DNA from: Perkinsus chesapeaki ATCC PRA-425
Taxonomy: Eukaryota > Protista > Perkinsozoa
Direction: 5' to 3'
Assembly (NCBI GenBank): GCA_013115145.1
Contig: JAAPAO010000080.1
Span: 1 to 64,000 of the forward strand
Length of the DNA: 64,000 nucleotides
Part shown: piece by piece, positions 46,983 to 59,965 of the stretch
How the letters are laid out: every line of letters begins with the position of its first letter
Numbering within the stretch: position 1 is the first letter of the stretch
Translations under genes and position numbers: made by a program
The notes under the pieces: generated by a model
The model's database searches: none
What the model saw: only the letters and a program-made list of their open reading frames with translations
What the model was told of the DNA's origin: nothing

Positions 46983-48324
46983 TATGACTCAGTCCACTAC
47001 ATCGACCGACAGGCGGACGGAAGACCACCTCCCGCCACAGTTGGCCACACTTGACGATGTCGAAGAATCACTGAGGGCCTTTCGGAGGGAAGTGAATGCT
47101 AAACTGGAATCGATCCACAGAAAGGTAGGCGACGACGTATAGTAGTCGATGCGGTCGAGCTGGCAGCAGGTGGACATGCTACTGAAGCAGCAAGACCTTT
47201 GCTATTCCTCACCGGCGTCATCGGCAAGCTGGCCGCATCACATCACTCCAGAAGGGCCCAGGGAATTCGTACTAGGTAGTTTGCCGTGCTGTGAAGGACG
47301 GGTGCCATCGGTCTGACAGGCAATCGAGAGCTGCTCACGGGAGTAGTCCTCTTCCTTGCCCAAGCTGATGTTGTCCATCTCGGTATGGCATCCACGCTCA
47401 CAGCCGTTGCTCTGGGTGTCGCACAACAACAACAGCAGCAGCAGCAAATGCACGAAGGCGGATTCAACAGTGGATACCTGCTGCTCTTGCCCCACATTCG
47501 GGTGGGCCAGCTCTCCTATCTCGAGGGCTTTACAATCCTGCACTATGGTCGCGTCTCACTCCAGTGAAATCTGTGTCTGTAAGGTGCCCTCGCAGAATAG
47601 CAGCCGGTTCCCCTTCCAGAAGGTGGACTGGCAGCAGGTCCGCTCCCTCACCATCAGCTCGACCTCCCTAGTCTGGATTAAAATGCACGCCATTGCCACT
47701 GGCCGGGCAGCTCTGGTTCTGGACGCCCCGATGGACTTCCGCCTCTGTCGACTACAACGCATCTGCATCAGTCCCGCTACACGGAAAAGAGATACCACAC
47801 AATCGCAGAGAGCAATGCAGGTGGTGCTTTCCCCTCGACCCGATCGACTAGCTGCCAGCGATGCCTCCATACAGGTGCTGGTTCGGTGCATGCTTTCCCC
47901 AGCTGCGAGGTCCCTCACATCCATCTGGGTTCATGTCCCCCCTGAGGTGCCTTACATACAGTGAGACCCTGTGGAGCCCTCCCCTCAGGTTAACTGCGAG
48001 TCCGCTGTCACCGCCTTGGAGCCGCCCAGGAGGCCTCTTACCTACCTGGGCTTCCTGCCGGACGCCGGCCTGTGGAACGTCGGTTCGGACATGCCATCGT
48101 GGCCACTCAGTGCACGTTGGGTTCACCCGGCTATTGTCAACTCGCAAGCCTCTCTGAGGTGTTATTCACTGTTGATCACCTCCCTGCATTCCACCGCCGC
48201 TCTTCAGACGTGTCCAACTCAACGGCGTGATACTCTCGAACATAACCTCCTTCGGAGGAGTGTCTGCCCAAGAGAACTTCGTGGACAGAGTGGTGCAGGT
48301 GAAGGCCTTCTAGCAGCCTTCTAG
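46983..48324 (+). CDS. hypothetical multi-exon gene
   Basis: Plus-strand ORF pieces with splice signals (e.g. HRK|gtaggc). No motif recognised. Confidence 0.25.
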
Positions 48325-48329
48325 TAGCC

Positions 48330-49313
48330 TCATGAATGATAATTAGGCGATGGCCAAGTTGGAGGCATTGGAGAGCCTTTCGTTAGTGCTCCGGTTCCCC
48401 GATGGCAGCGGCCAGACGGTCGAAACAATGTCACTGTTGAGGCTGCGCATGGCACATCCAAATCATGTTTACCTCTGCCAACGAAGGCAAGGCAGGTCCG
48501 GCCCGTTGTTAAGGTGAGCCGGGCGGGGGGGAGGCCTGCTGTTATCCCATAGTCATCAGTTTGACGCTCGGAGCAGCTCGTGATGAAGAACACAACTTGG
48601 AGACAGATCGAGCACTAGCACACTACAGCCGTATCCAGCAGTGGACCGGGAGAAGCGTGTACATCTCAGAGATGTAGCCCACACCGTAACCGACAGCATC
48701 ACAGTCCGCTCCCAGGGGACTTTTCCTGCCATCGGGACACAACGGCTCCGGGGGGACTGGTCGTGATGCGACGGCGATGGCCCAACAGCCTGTTGGCCAA
48801 CAGGCGTCGGGCCGTCCGCAAAGCAGCATGCCTCCATCTTTGTTGCTCCCTAAATGGTGAGGGTATCGATCGCCATTGAAGTTTAATCGGCGCTTTCAGG
48901 GGTGAGCTGCCGCAGCCCACGCAGCAGCTATGGGACGAAGTGATATGTTTAGCGGTGAAGCGTCTGCATGATAAAGTGAAAAGTCGGACGCAGAGGTCGT
49001 TGGCCCCGATAGCCACCGAGCTTAGACGGGCTATCGCAAGGCAACATTGATGCTACCATATGCTTCCCGCATGTTTCATAATAGTTAAGCTCTTTGTGTT
49101 GCTCATAGAAGTGCTTTTCTGGTGACCACAGAGCCAACCTGTGAATGCTACTATGACCACCGCAAATATCTCGCTCGAGAGACTCGATCTTTCGGCACTA
49201 AAGGATTCAAAGGAGCCCTCCTCTGAGTGCCCTCCTCCACCTCCCACCAGCCCCAGAGAAAGCGACACTCCATTCAGTAGATACGTGTTAAGAATGAGAA
49301 ACATACGAGCCAC
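48330..49313 (-). CDS. hypothetical multi-exon gene
   Basis: Minus-strand ORF pieces joinable by short GT-AG introns. No motif recognised. Confidence 0.25.
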
Positions 49314-50139
49314 CGCAGAGGTGTTTACATCATCATCACCACGAAACTAATTCTATACAGCGATAGTCAGGCACTTGGTAAAATAGAAGGTTGTAAAACA
49401 GTTCCGTATGCAAATCGATTTAATCGACCTGTCCCTTACTCCACGGGAAGTGAGCGAATCGGCTACAGTTTCCGGAGAGCGATTCTCTCAGGATCAGATT
49501 GGCCTTCACGGCGGGAGGAAATTAGGCGAGTCGAAGGGCAAGCTGATTTGCTCCAGCGTGCAGGGTAACCATATCGTGTTGGTATGGTGAACAAGATGGC
49601 TTATAGGTTTACACAGTCTACACGTTCAGTTCATAGGCCTGCCCCTCGGGTTAGTACCGATGGCTACGAGGCCGACCGGTCACAGCTTGCCCCCTGCAAC
49701 GGAGCTACTTTTGATCCTTTTAGTGATACTTTGTTTGCTTCTGTTGTTAAGGACAAGCCAGATTATGTTTTTAAAGATAACGGATGCGAATTCTAGTCCG
49801 ACAACAAAGCTTATGCGAGGCCGACACGGTGATTTGTGTTGCGGAGCTGTTGGCTTGCGTTTAAGTACATATTTTGAACTCCTTGAACGAAACAAAAGGT
49901 GTAATGAAAGAGCAATCACAGCGTGCAAGGGGGCTCGATGGCCAACCACCATCTGCGAGAGGGGGCTTCGGAGATTATAATAGTTATTATTATCGTCGTA
50001 GTCAACAATGAAAATTATAATGTGTGCTCAGGAGGAGTGCGCAGCTTGACGGTGACAGTTTCTAATTGTCTTCAATAGGCGATTCCCGTGTTCTGACAAG
50101 TGCCGGGAGGGTGTTATATTAGGGCCTTGTATCGCTATT

Positions 50140-51000
50140 GACCCACGTTTACAGATGGCTGGTATACCTGATACACACTAATGAAAATAGATCATACAGG
50201 CCTTATTACAATCAGGCTTGCGGACAACGCAAGTGGACAACAGCGTACTGCCATGTCTATTATTCACGACGGAGAGGAGGGAGTCATCTGAGGCGAGAGA
50301 GAAAATGCAGCCGTGGGCGCCACTGGGTGACTCTTCTAACTGGTAGTGGTGATGGAATCGATGAGGCGATTCAGGCAGTCCCCGGCAGGAAGCACTTCGA
50401 CGACTGCCTCGACTGTGGAGAGGCAGGAAGTGTCGCCCAACAGTTCGGCCATTTTAGCCATCATTTCCGCGGCAACTTCAACAAGTTCTTTGGGACTAAA
50501 ATGCGGCTAGAGTAACGATCTTCAACGGGAATGGTCGGGCTTACGGATCGTGCTTAGCATACTTCAACTGACGTGTGATCTCAAGTAACACTTTAGAGCC
50601 AGCGACATCTTGGGCCACTTTAAGGAAATCAGGGCAGGAGATCAATTCCTTCAGGAAGCGGCAGACGTCCGAGCTGAGGTCAGCGTGGTGCTGCCGAAGG
50701 AGGAATGTAGCCTACGGATCGGCGTGGTGGCAGAGCTGCTGTATGAAATAGTTGCCGTAGCGGTCTGTGGCCAGCTCGCGAATCTTAGGTAACGATTCCT
50801 CTACAAAGGATCGGATCTCATCGGGTCGAGCATTTCCAGATGACAGATGGTCCTGTGAGAGAGAGCATGACCCACTCAGTGTTGCCAATACTTACCTGCA
50901 GTAGTCGGGAGCCTGCTCCTCCCAAAGCAAGAGATACAACACGACCGGACAGTGTTGCTCCGGAGTCCTTCCTTCTCTGATTGCTGCTGCCACTCGTCTT
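50140..51000 (-). CDS. possible RNase PH-fold exosome-core-like protein
   Basis: RLLQVSIGNTEWVMLSLTGP and TVEAVVEVLPAGDCLNRLIDSI weakly resemble Rrp41/Rrp46/Mtr3 segments. Confidence 0.3.
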
Positions 51001-52474
51001 ACGGCCTGCCACCTCCTTTCGCCCAGTGGACTTCACAGCAGCTCTTGTTGTTGGGGCGGCCTGCCGTCTACGGTGGGCATCCCTATGCTGTTGCTCCTGT
51101 TGCTGCTGTTGCTGTTGCTCCTGTTGCTCCTGTTGCTGCTGTTGTTGTCGTGCTCCAATGTCATAGTTTCGGACTAAAGTGGTATCCGTAAAACACACTG
51201 CATGACGGCGAGGAAATACAAATTTCCGAAGTTGCATGCAGCTGGCCGAGTATCCAAGCTTGCTGCTGCAGGAGAGCCAGCTGTTGGACCAGATCATGCT
51301 CCGAGCTGCTCAGCAATGGCGCAAGCCCACCCGAAGCCGCGGACTGAGCGAGTGTATGGAACACGAACACGATAAGGCCTCCCCCGGCGCTCACGCTGAT
51401 AGGACAGTCCCAAGGGTAACAAGTAAGCGGCGATGTCCCTGTTGGCATCGAACCATTCTGAAGTAGCATTGATGATGATGACGACTGTTGCTGATGATGA
51501 TGCTGTGGCGGGGCGAGGTCACCGATGGTACTTTCTGAAAGCTGAATTTCAAGTCATTACCCATTGCAAGCCACCTTTAGATTTTTGTAGGGTGCTAGTC
51601 CTATACTCTTCCGAAGAGCTTCCCGAGGAGTCCTCCCAACTAGACACGGAGCTTTCTGAGAGAGAGCGCTGCCTATTGCTCGAGCCGGCTGGAAGCGGCG
51701 GCGGCACCAACGGGAAAATAGGCGGCGAATCCAGTAGACTGAACCTGCCACTGGAACGTCTCACTCTCGCTGAGGTAGTGGCCGCCCTACGAGTTGGAAC
51801 CGGGAGCTCGGAAGGGGATACTATCGGGCATATTTCCACCGGGTGCGAGCTCAGCTAGGCCGGGGAAAGCCCCCTGTGAAATTGTGTGGTCTGAGTGCTG
51901 CGGGAAAAGGCCTGGTGGCAACTGAGCCTCGTCTGCCTTATTCTGGTCGGTTGTCTGTTGAGTGACAAGTCTAGATCAGCAGGCGTATGGTTCCCACCAT
52001 CGGGGCTATTGGAATGCCACGGATGGTCCCCTCGGCGGTAGGATAGTCCAAGAATGGGTCAGGAGTTGGGGCGAAGGGGGAGGAGGATCTGCGCAAGCTC
52101 GGCTGGACCAATAGCTTAGCTCGTCGTAGGCTCACCGCCAGGTCATGCTGGAGAATTCTCTACCGGCGATAACGTCTCGGGAGTCGTCTACGCCGCCCTG
52201 TACGGGATCGGTCTCTTGGCCGGAAGGCGAAGCGAGCATCTTGAAACACTTTACTTGAGAGATTTCGTTGAAGTTCCAGGGAGCTATGACAAACTCAAAA
52301 CAGATGCGCCGCAGCAGCACTGCTGTAGCGTCATCGTTTTACGAAACTTATCAATCAACTACATTCACGTCGGGAGAGAGAAGGGCCGACAGGAGGCAGC
52401 TGTCCAAGTGTTCAGGGCTATATAAGGGGAGAAGGTGCAATGAGATAATAGGACGTGGGAGACAAGATAGATGC

Positions 52475-55400
52475 TCAACCAAGATGCAATGGACGATCTG
52501 CCAGGGGGCCGCCACCGTTACCACCACCGACAGTAGACTCAGCGGGTGGCTGGTGACGCAGTATAAGTGTACTGGATTCTAGCGGCCGCCAACGACCGAC
52601 ATCAACCTGGTGAATGAGATGATTATGATGGTGACGAGAGGTGACTCACTTGAGTGTCATCCATTTTAATAAATGTACATGAAGTTGTGTCGGAGTGTAG
52701 CAGTCGCCATCGTGCAAGTTCAGTTTCTGACACCCCTAGCTTCTCGCCTGAAAGCGGCACCATATGTGACTTTGGTAGCGGCGGGTACGTTACTAATCCT
52801 CCGCTGAATTTCGCTCCCTGAAATTGGGCCGCAAGGAAGATTGACGAAAAAAATATGCCCGAACAGGGCACTGCCGTTACGAGTAGCGTGGACCCTGAGA
52901 AGGAGGCAGAGTCGGAGGGGAGGCCTCCTGGGCTGGCAGCAGAGGCCCGCGGATGTACACGGGGATCACTTCTTCGTTCTTCTTCTTTTCCACACTCTCT
53001 TCAATTCGGAGGTAGTTCCCATCGACCCGGCCCGAGAAGATATCGACCTTATCGGCACACGGCAGCTCGGAGACCCGCATGTCCTCGAAGGCCCGTGACG
53101 AGGGGTCTTCCGAGTCCAGTCTGAAAGGTTAGTCAGCGGTGGTGGAAGGTCGAGAAGGATACTCACAACATAATAATCTTCCGCTGGGGGTGCTCCGAGG
53201 TACCTTGACAAGGCGCAGTAGTTACCATGGCTCGAATGCCAGATTGAGTCGCGAATGTGACCTGAAGAAGGTTAGCACACCCCGATCACCAAGTACGTAC
53301 GTTGGCCTCCTTGAGAGCATCCAAGGCTGACCCGATAGCTTCGGTCAGCTTCTCCTCCGGGGACGGCCACACCACGGTGGCCCCTATCTCACGAGGGCCG
53401 TCGAATCTGGTATCCAAGATCCGCAGCATACAACAAGTCGGACGCTTACGCTCGACACATCAGCGGCATCGCTTCTGGTGGCAAATTGGAAGGCCTTTGC
53501 AAAAACACTAAGTGCAGCGTGGGGTGCCTGGACAGCAATGGTGAGAGCCAATAGAAGAGAGAGGCGTTACGCGAAGGGCTCGGTGGTAGAGAAGGGTTCT
53601 CCTCCCCCCTTGGCCAACTCGGACAGATCGAGACGGACACTCGCAGTGGCGCCACCGGCACCAGACTCTAGTGGTATCATGAACGGATCGTACGGGTACC
53701 TGCAGAGAGCTTTTAAGCAAGGCCTGTGGACACAATAGGAGCTGTTACATATAAAGCATGCAGCCGGGGAGCTGAGATAGAGCAGCGGGCCTAACAGGAC
53801 ACCAGGCGTTACACTGCCGAGGATGTGTAGCCTACACAAGTGGCGAAGGATTTTTGCTGTCTCTGTTAGCTGTCACTAAATTAGCAATGGCATCGTATAA
53901 GGGTATGCGAACCTAAGGAAGGCGAAATATCTGCCTGCCTGGTGACGGCATCTTACATCCACCAACATATCGTGCTTGCTGCAGCACGGCTTGGTTCCTG
54001 CCACTACTGGCGGCGGCGGCGGAGGGGGCGGAGCGGGGAGCATATCTGTCTCTTTGGCGTACATTACACCGGGGCCGTGCAAAGGCGTGAACGGGTCATG
54101 CACCACAAAGGATACAGGCGCCGAGTGCTTCAAGACCTCAAAATAGTCGGGTAACTAATCGGGTTGCCGGTAGAGAGATTGAGGATAGATCACCGCCGCC
54201 GCTTTACTGTGTTGGCTCCTTCTTCGTACCACTGCACCACAATGACCTCCCCATCTGCTATATTCCTCTCGTACCTCCCAAGGACATCCTGAGGAAGAAG
54301 AGAACAGAGTGAGAACTACTGATGCGACGCTTTACATTGAACCCGGACTTTTTCATGTCCCCGAGGGCATCCACTTCGATGGCAACGCCGTTGCGCTCGA
54401 GGAACCTGATAGGCCAGTGCATGCCAATCAACCTCGGAAGAATCTTACATCTTCCAATCTGTCCGCTCCTCCAGGTTCACACTGCTCTTCCCCGTCTCCG
54501 AATCCCGACGATATTTACTATTGAGGATATAGCTGAGGAGTTTCGCACTGTATCCCCCGTGAACCTAACGTGGCTGCTCACCGAGCGGCCCTGACCATCC
54601 CCGCAGGGGACGGGGTTATTGTGGCAGTTGTTATGAAATTAAGGGTGGAGTTGAAGATGTCGAAGTAGCGCAGTATCACCAGACGAGATTTTCTGCCCAA
54701 GTGGATTCCTGAGAGGCAGATGCCGTCACCGCCGAGTCAGTGGTGCTGTGTTCTACCGGCGACCGACTTGCGCCCGAATTGATCTGGAACTTCGAGCTTA
54801 GGCACAGCCTTCTCATCAGCTAGCATCATGATCATCACAGGTCTCGGTACTTGGCCAGCTAGACAGTACACTGTTAGTCCCTCCTCCTCGTTACTGCAGT
54901 CGAGGTCCCTCCTACCTAGGGGATGCTCTCGGCAGGCGCTGCGAGGCAAACACATGCCCAGGAAGTAGCCGCCGATAACCTCAGTGAACCTACGTGGTAA
55001 TTGACAGCTCGACTCATTCACAGCAGCGCTCTTACTTTATCGTCGATGCTTCGTTCGATGATGGGCTGCCATCCACCCTACCAAGCTGGTATATCTTCGT
55101 GGCTTGGCTTGGCGGTGATTGCCCCCCGCCGCCGCCGTTCGGTACAGCACTGGTGTGTCTAATGCCAGGAGTGTTAGGAAGATTATCAACCTGAAAATGA
55201 GGACGGTGGCTTGCTATAGAACTCATCGGGTGCTACCAAGGTGCCGGAGCTGACGATAGTGTGAGTGGTCCCAGCCGGCAGCCCGGGCTCATTTGGGTTC
55301 TTAACCAGCGCGTCCATAACTGAGAACAAATGAAAGGTGGGCAGCAGCGTCAGTTTTCCTTAAGGCGTTTTTTCTCACCTTGATCCACCACAGTGGCTGG

Positions 55401-58400
55401 ATTCCAGACGCCCTGGTGGGATAAGAGCTGCACTAGGGAGATGTTGGATAGGCAGACAACGCTAACGTCAAACAGCTGGTCCACAGGCTCCCCCTGAGAG
55501 AACACTCCGGTAGGTAGAATTCATCCGTCGCGGACTACCTCTGGACTGCTGCCTTCTTCGGAGGTTCCTTTAGCGCTAGGATTCGAGGAGGTACCTGACG
55601 GATGTATGAGAAGGAATAGTGAATCGGGCCCCTACTGGTTGGAGTGTTGGTCGAAGCCAATAGGCGACGATAGAGATGTGGATTAACCTCTGACAGCGAG
55701 CAAGGCTTCATTACCCAGTCCAGTGCTGAACGCCTAACAAGCAAGCCAGTGGAGCCAGAGAGAGAAAATATTGAGCTTGGAAATATCTAATGCCCTTCGA
55801 CATAAGATTCTTACCTTATATAGACGAGTATGTAAGCGCTATGAGTTTTATACGTCCGCCCTTGAGAAGTCAGAGAGGAGCGTCGACCAGCGGAGCGAAA
55901 TGGTTTAGGAGACTCAGTCGACGCAACGAAGGGATTGTCCAGCTCGACTGGGCTCGGGCCGCCAAAATTATCGTCAACCTGACAAGGCCAATACCCACAC
56001 TATGTAAGAGTGCCTATATTAACACAGTACTATTGACTATATAGGATTTCAATGATAATATCAAAAGTCAGTTTTCGGGTTTCGGGTTTTTGTAGTATGT
56101 CCTTACTAAGGGAAAGTTATATGCTAATATAGTACCGTTATGTAAAGCTAACAATGACGTAGAAGCCACCGAACCATATCAGCTTACCGCGGCCTCTTTG
56201 GATACTCGTGTGACATTCTCATCATCAAAGCGATACCTAACAAGGAGAAGTTACCATTGGACGCTTTTGAGGTTCATCACCATTTATCTTCTCCTCCAGA
56301 CTGACCCAGCTCTGGCCGGACAAAGGCATAGTAGTGGCCACCGTAAACGTTACCGTTATGGACCAGCACTGTGTGGAGGACATACTCACTATCGGCTGGA
56401 TCAGATGGTGGTTCATAGAGCTACAGTGAGGAGGATGTTAGGGGGGCAGCGAGAGGATCGCCGTCGTACATAGGGGGACATGTCCAGAACGTCTCCGAAC
56501 TGGAAGTACTCGTTCACCTTCTGCATATCCATGGTATCCATTGAAAAACAAAAACGCTTCAGTTGAACAGTGAACACTGGTGGCATCGACAACAGCCTGC
56601 CAAGGATCAGAATCGACCTCTTATCAGATACCCCTACCTGAGCCCCTTTTTCGCTCGTTGCTTTCCATAGCCCTCCGCCTCGTATCTACACAGCAGTAAG
56701 GTGATAACAGCATGCCAGCTGCTAGTATTATAGTATTACTTGTCATCGCCATCCATAACCTCCGTCTGAAAGTACTCCTTCAGGGAATCCTCCACCGAGC
56801 CAAGCGGCTCGCCGGTCAACGATAAAACGTTGAGCTGAAGGCAGTGGAGATATATAGTAGGACCAACTACTGAAGCGGCCTGGCCAAGCCTACTTGCAGA
56901 TCGTAAAAGACTTCCTCTTTGGTACTCTTATAGTCGACATCCATGCACTCTATGTAGTTCTCCAGCTTGCCGACGAAAAGATCTCGTATGAGCTTGTCCG
57001 ACTTGGACGGCTTCAGCATCTGGCAAAGATATCAATATCCTCCTCAAAATGACCCCTCACCTCCTCCAGTTTGTCACACAGAAGCCGAGAGAGCTCCTGG
57101 GCATCCTGTTGCGTGAAGAGGTCAGCTGTGTCCCATCCGAAGGCCCTCACCAGAGCCTCGGAGCTCACGGCTTTGCTGCTACCGTTGCCGTCCTCCGACG
57201 AGGCTCTCGAGACTCTCCCTGCAGCAGACCAAGTCCACCACATCACCGGCGGTCTGCCTACCGTTCATCCCGCGGGAGGACTCTGATGGCGGAGGAGTCT
57301 CCAGAGGATGCAGACCTCGCTCCAGTTGAAAGAAGACGCTCTGCAGCGCCAGGACGATCTGGAGGCCGTTCGATGTCGACCGGCTCGGCGAAGAGGGCTG
57401 AGGGAGCAGCTTTCCCGTGTCCGCTGCCAACGTCGAACAGTACCTTAAGGAAGGCGACCTACAGCAGCAACGAAAGCTAGCGAGGCTTCCTACACTATCC
57501 GACGGAATTGCGGTATGAGGAATAAGCTCTGCAGTAGGCCATTGAGGTAGCACGTGGCACCAAGATTCTCCAGGCCAAGATAAGGTATAATCGGACCACC
57601 CAAGTCTGGCCTATTCCCCTGAAAACAGGATCACAATCTCCATTGGCAACCAGCCCGTACCGAAGACTCCACGCCCAGTCTGAGTGGGCGAGCCATGGCC
57701 CGTATAAGGAACCGACCATGATTGTCAAGCCTGAAAGCGAATGCCTCGCATCAACCTAAGATACCACCCCCCTTACCAGCCCTCATCCATCAGCTTGGAT
57801 ATTCCCGGTGAAGAGCGGCAGTCGTGATGGACCAGATTCCGCCATCCACTGAGGTAGAAAAGCACTACTGGAATATAGGCTTAAAAATTGCCCATTAATT
57901 TCACCGTAATGGATACGCTGGTTAATCCTGAGAACTCCGAAAACAACCGGGAATTTGCCGAAGTCCGACAGCCGAGTTTCATTGGCAACGAGCGCAGACG
58001 AGCGGGAAACGGTGTAGTGGAGAGGGCTCACCAGTCAGAGCTTTGATAAGTAAAAGCTTTACGATCCTGACGGAACGCACTCTTCTCTGGTCTCCTGAGG
58101 CAGAGGTCATCAAAGTGAGCTCTGGAGAATCTTTCGCTCACTTAAAATTGACCAGACTGATTGTGAAGTTGACAAAGCGCAGCGACCAGTGGTCCGGGAA
58201 GTATCTAAGGGCAGAACTTGGTCGGGAGAATCTTGCCTGCGTTGGAGTAGTACCGTCCAGGCTCTGAGCCAAGTCCTCGTTTCTCTGGTGGAACAATCTC
58301 GAGGAATGCCCCAAGACTGTAGTCCAATGCGTTACGACAACATTCATTGGTACCGCAGGGATACACAAGCAAGCGGTAGCCAAAGCACCTATACAGCAAT

Positions 58401-59317
58401 AATAATGTAACAACACTGCAAGCAAATTGTAAGAATATGATATAGTACAATTTCTATTATATCGATTTTTCCCATCGCTGGCAGCTGTTGGTTAGAAATT
58501 GTCATTCTGCCGACAGGTGCCAGTAGAGCTGACTACGTAGCCTTGTGAACTTGTACATAGTCTAGTAAGTCTACTACCCTTTGAACCATGATAGATCTAC
58601 TCCCCCGTACAGCCAAGTGGCCCTCACTACCTTCGCAGTATTACTAGAAGTGCACTACACAACCTTCCATATACCTACCCAGCGTTCTCTATCTCCTTCG
58701 ATCTCAATGAACTCTTCGCTTTCCTGTTTTTCTCAGCGCACATATCCACCCACATTTCCAACTCCCCTTCCCTCAACGGTGGCAGCTCCCTCGCACTCTT
58801 GTCATTTCCGTCACCATCCCCTCCTGCCCTCGAGTCGTCATCTTCCACCTGCCCGCTAGCTTCCGACGTTACACTAGCGATGTCCTCCGCCTCCTCTGAA
58901 GTATCCTCTGGTGTCGGCGACGATCCTCTTCGATCATCGGACACTCGAAGGATCCTAAACACAAGTTGGCTCCATCCATCCATCAGCAAACACCGCAGCG
59001 TTCTACTTCGCTGGCGGCTCGCCAAGCTCCTCCAGCTCCACCATGCCATCTTTCATCCCCCTCCCTAACTGCGGCACATCTTGGCTTGTGGCCAGTAGGA
59101 GACCCTCCTCATCCCGTTTGTGTTGCCCGGCTGCCCCGCCGCTGTCCCGCTTGTCTTGCATTGTATTTAATTCATCCCGTTTATCAATACCTCTCTTTGT
59201 AGGGGAAGGATGAGGTCCCGTGATGTCAGCAGCCACCTTCCCTTTACTATCAGGTATCCGAGGTCGACGCTCGTCTCCAGCGGAGGTCATAGCAAGGGCT
59301 ATCACTGACCAAGCCAT
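52475..59317 (-). CDS. USP7: USP7/UBP12-like ubiquitin carboxyl-terminal hydrolase (MATH + C19 + C-terminal UBL region)
   Basis: MATH segments YRLLVYP...LGAFLEI and FTYQSSDW. Cys box GLENLGATCYLNGLLQSLF; AFGWDTADLFTQQDAQEL; LSMPPVFTVQLKRF; His box YVLHTVLVHNGNVYGGHYYAF; RFDDENV; SAYILVYIR. 5' end tentative. Confidence 0.9.
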
Positions 59318-59965
59318 TCCATGTCCTCCTCTGACTCCTACTTAACACAACAGCATCGGCCCGCGCAACAGTGATGGTAAAAGAAACGAATAGTGTATAA
59401 AATGCTTCTGTAATTTATAGCTTGTAAATGAATTCTCCTTCCTTGCTGCTGCTGTTGCTGTTTATCCCCACTTCCTCTTAGCTGCACCATAACCATCCTT
59501 CATCCATCCTCCTACCTTCTTGCCACCCTTCTTAGTGTAGTCCCATGTCACCTACCACACATAGATACATCCAACCCTCTCAAAAAATCTATGACAGAGT
59601 AGGAAATAGTCCAGTCGACACCACACTATTACTTTAATCATAATGCTGTATATCGTTTAATAATGAAAAGATATTATTATTTCATTATTAAGTATATTAA
59701 TATTGATGTTGTGATACTTCTAGATATATTACTCTATTATACCATCATAATTTATAGTATCCATCATACATAAAATAATGTGTACTATTTTCGCGACACC
59801 TGGCCCTAAGCAGTCTACAAAGGTGATGGCGAGATTTCAGACCCCAATCCAGGATGGCTGATAGATACCCCAAAACCGTATTCAAAGCCTCCATCATCAT
59901 CCCTCCTCACCTCTCCCCCGTGCTTTATCTTATCTCCCGTTGTCGCATGGGTAACTTCACCGGGG

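Noticed and set aside
52475-59317. Functional clustering of USP7 with the Pol eta/REV1 gene
   Set aside because: About 48 kb apart with unrelated genes between; no evidence of linkage.
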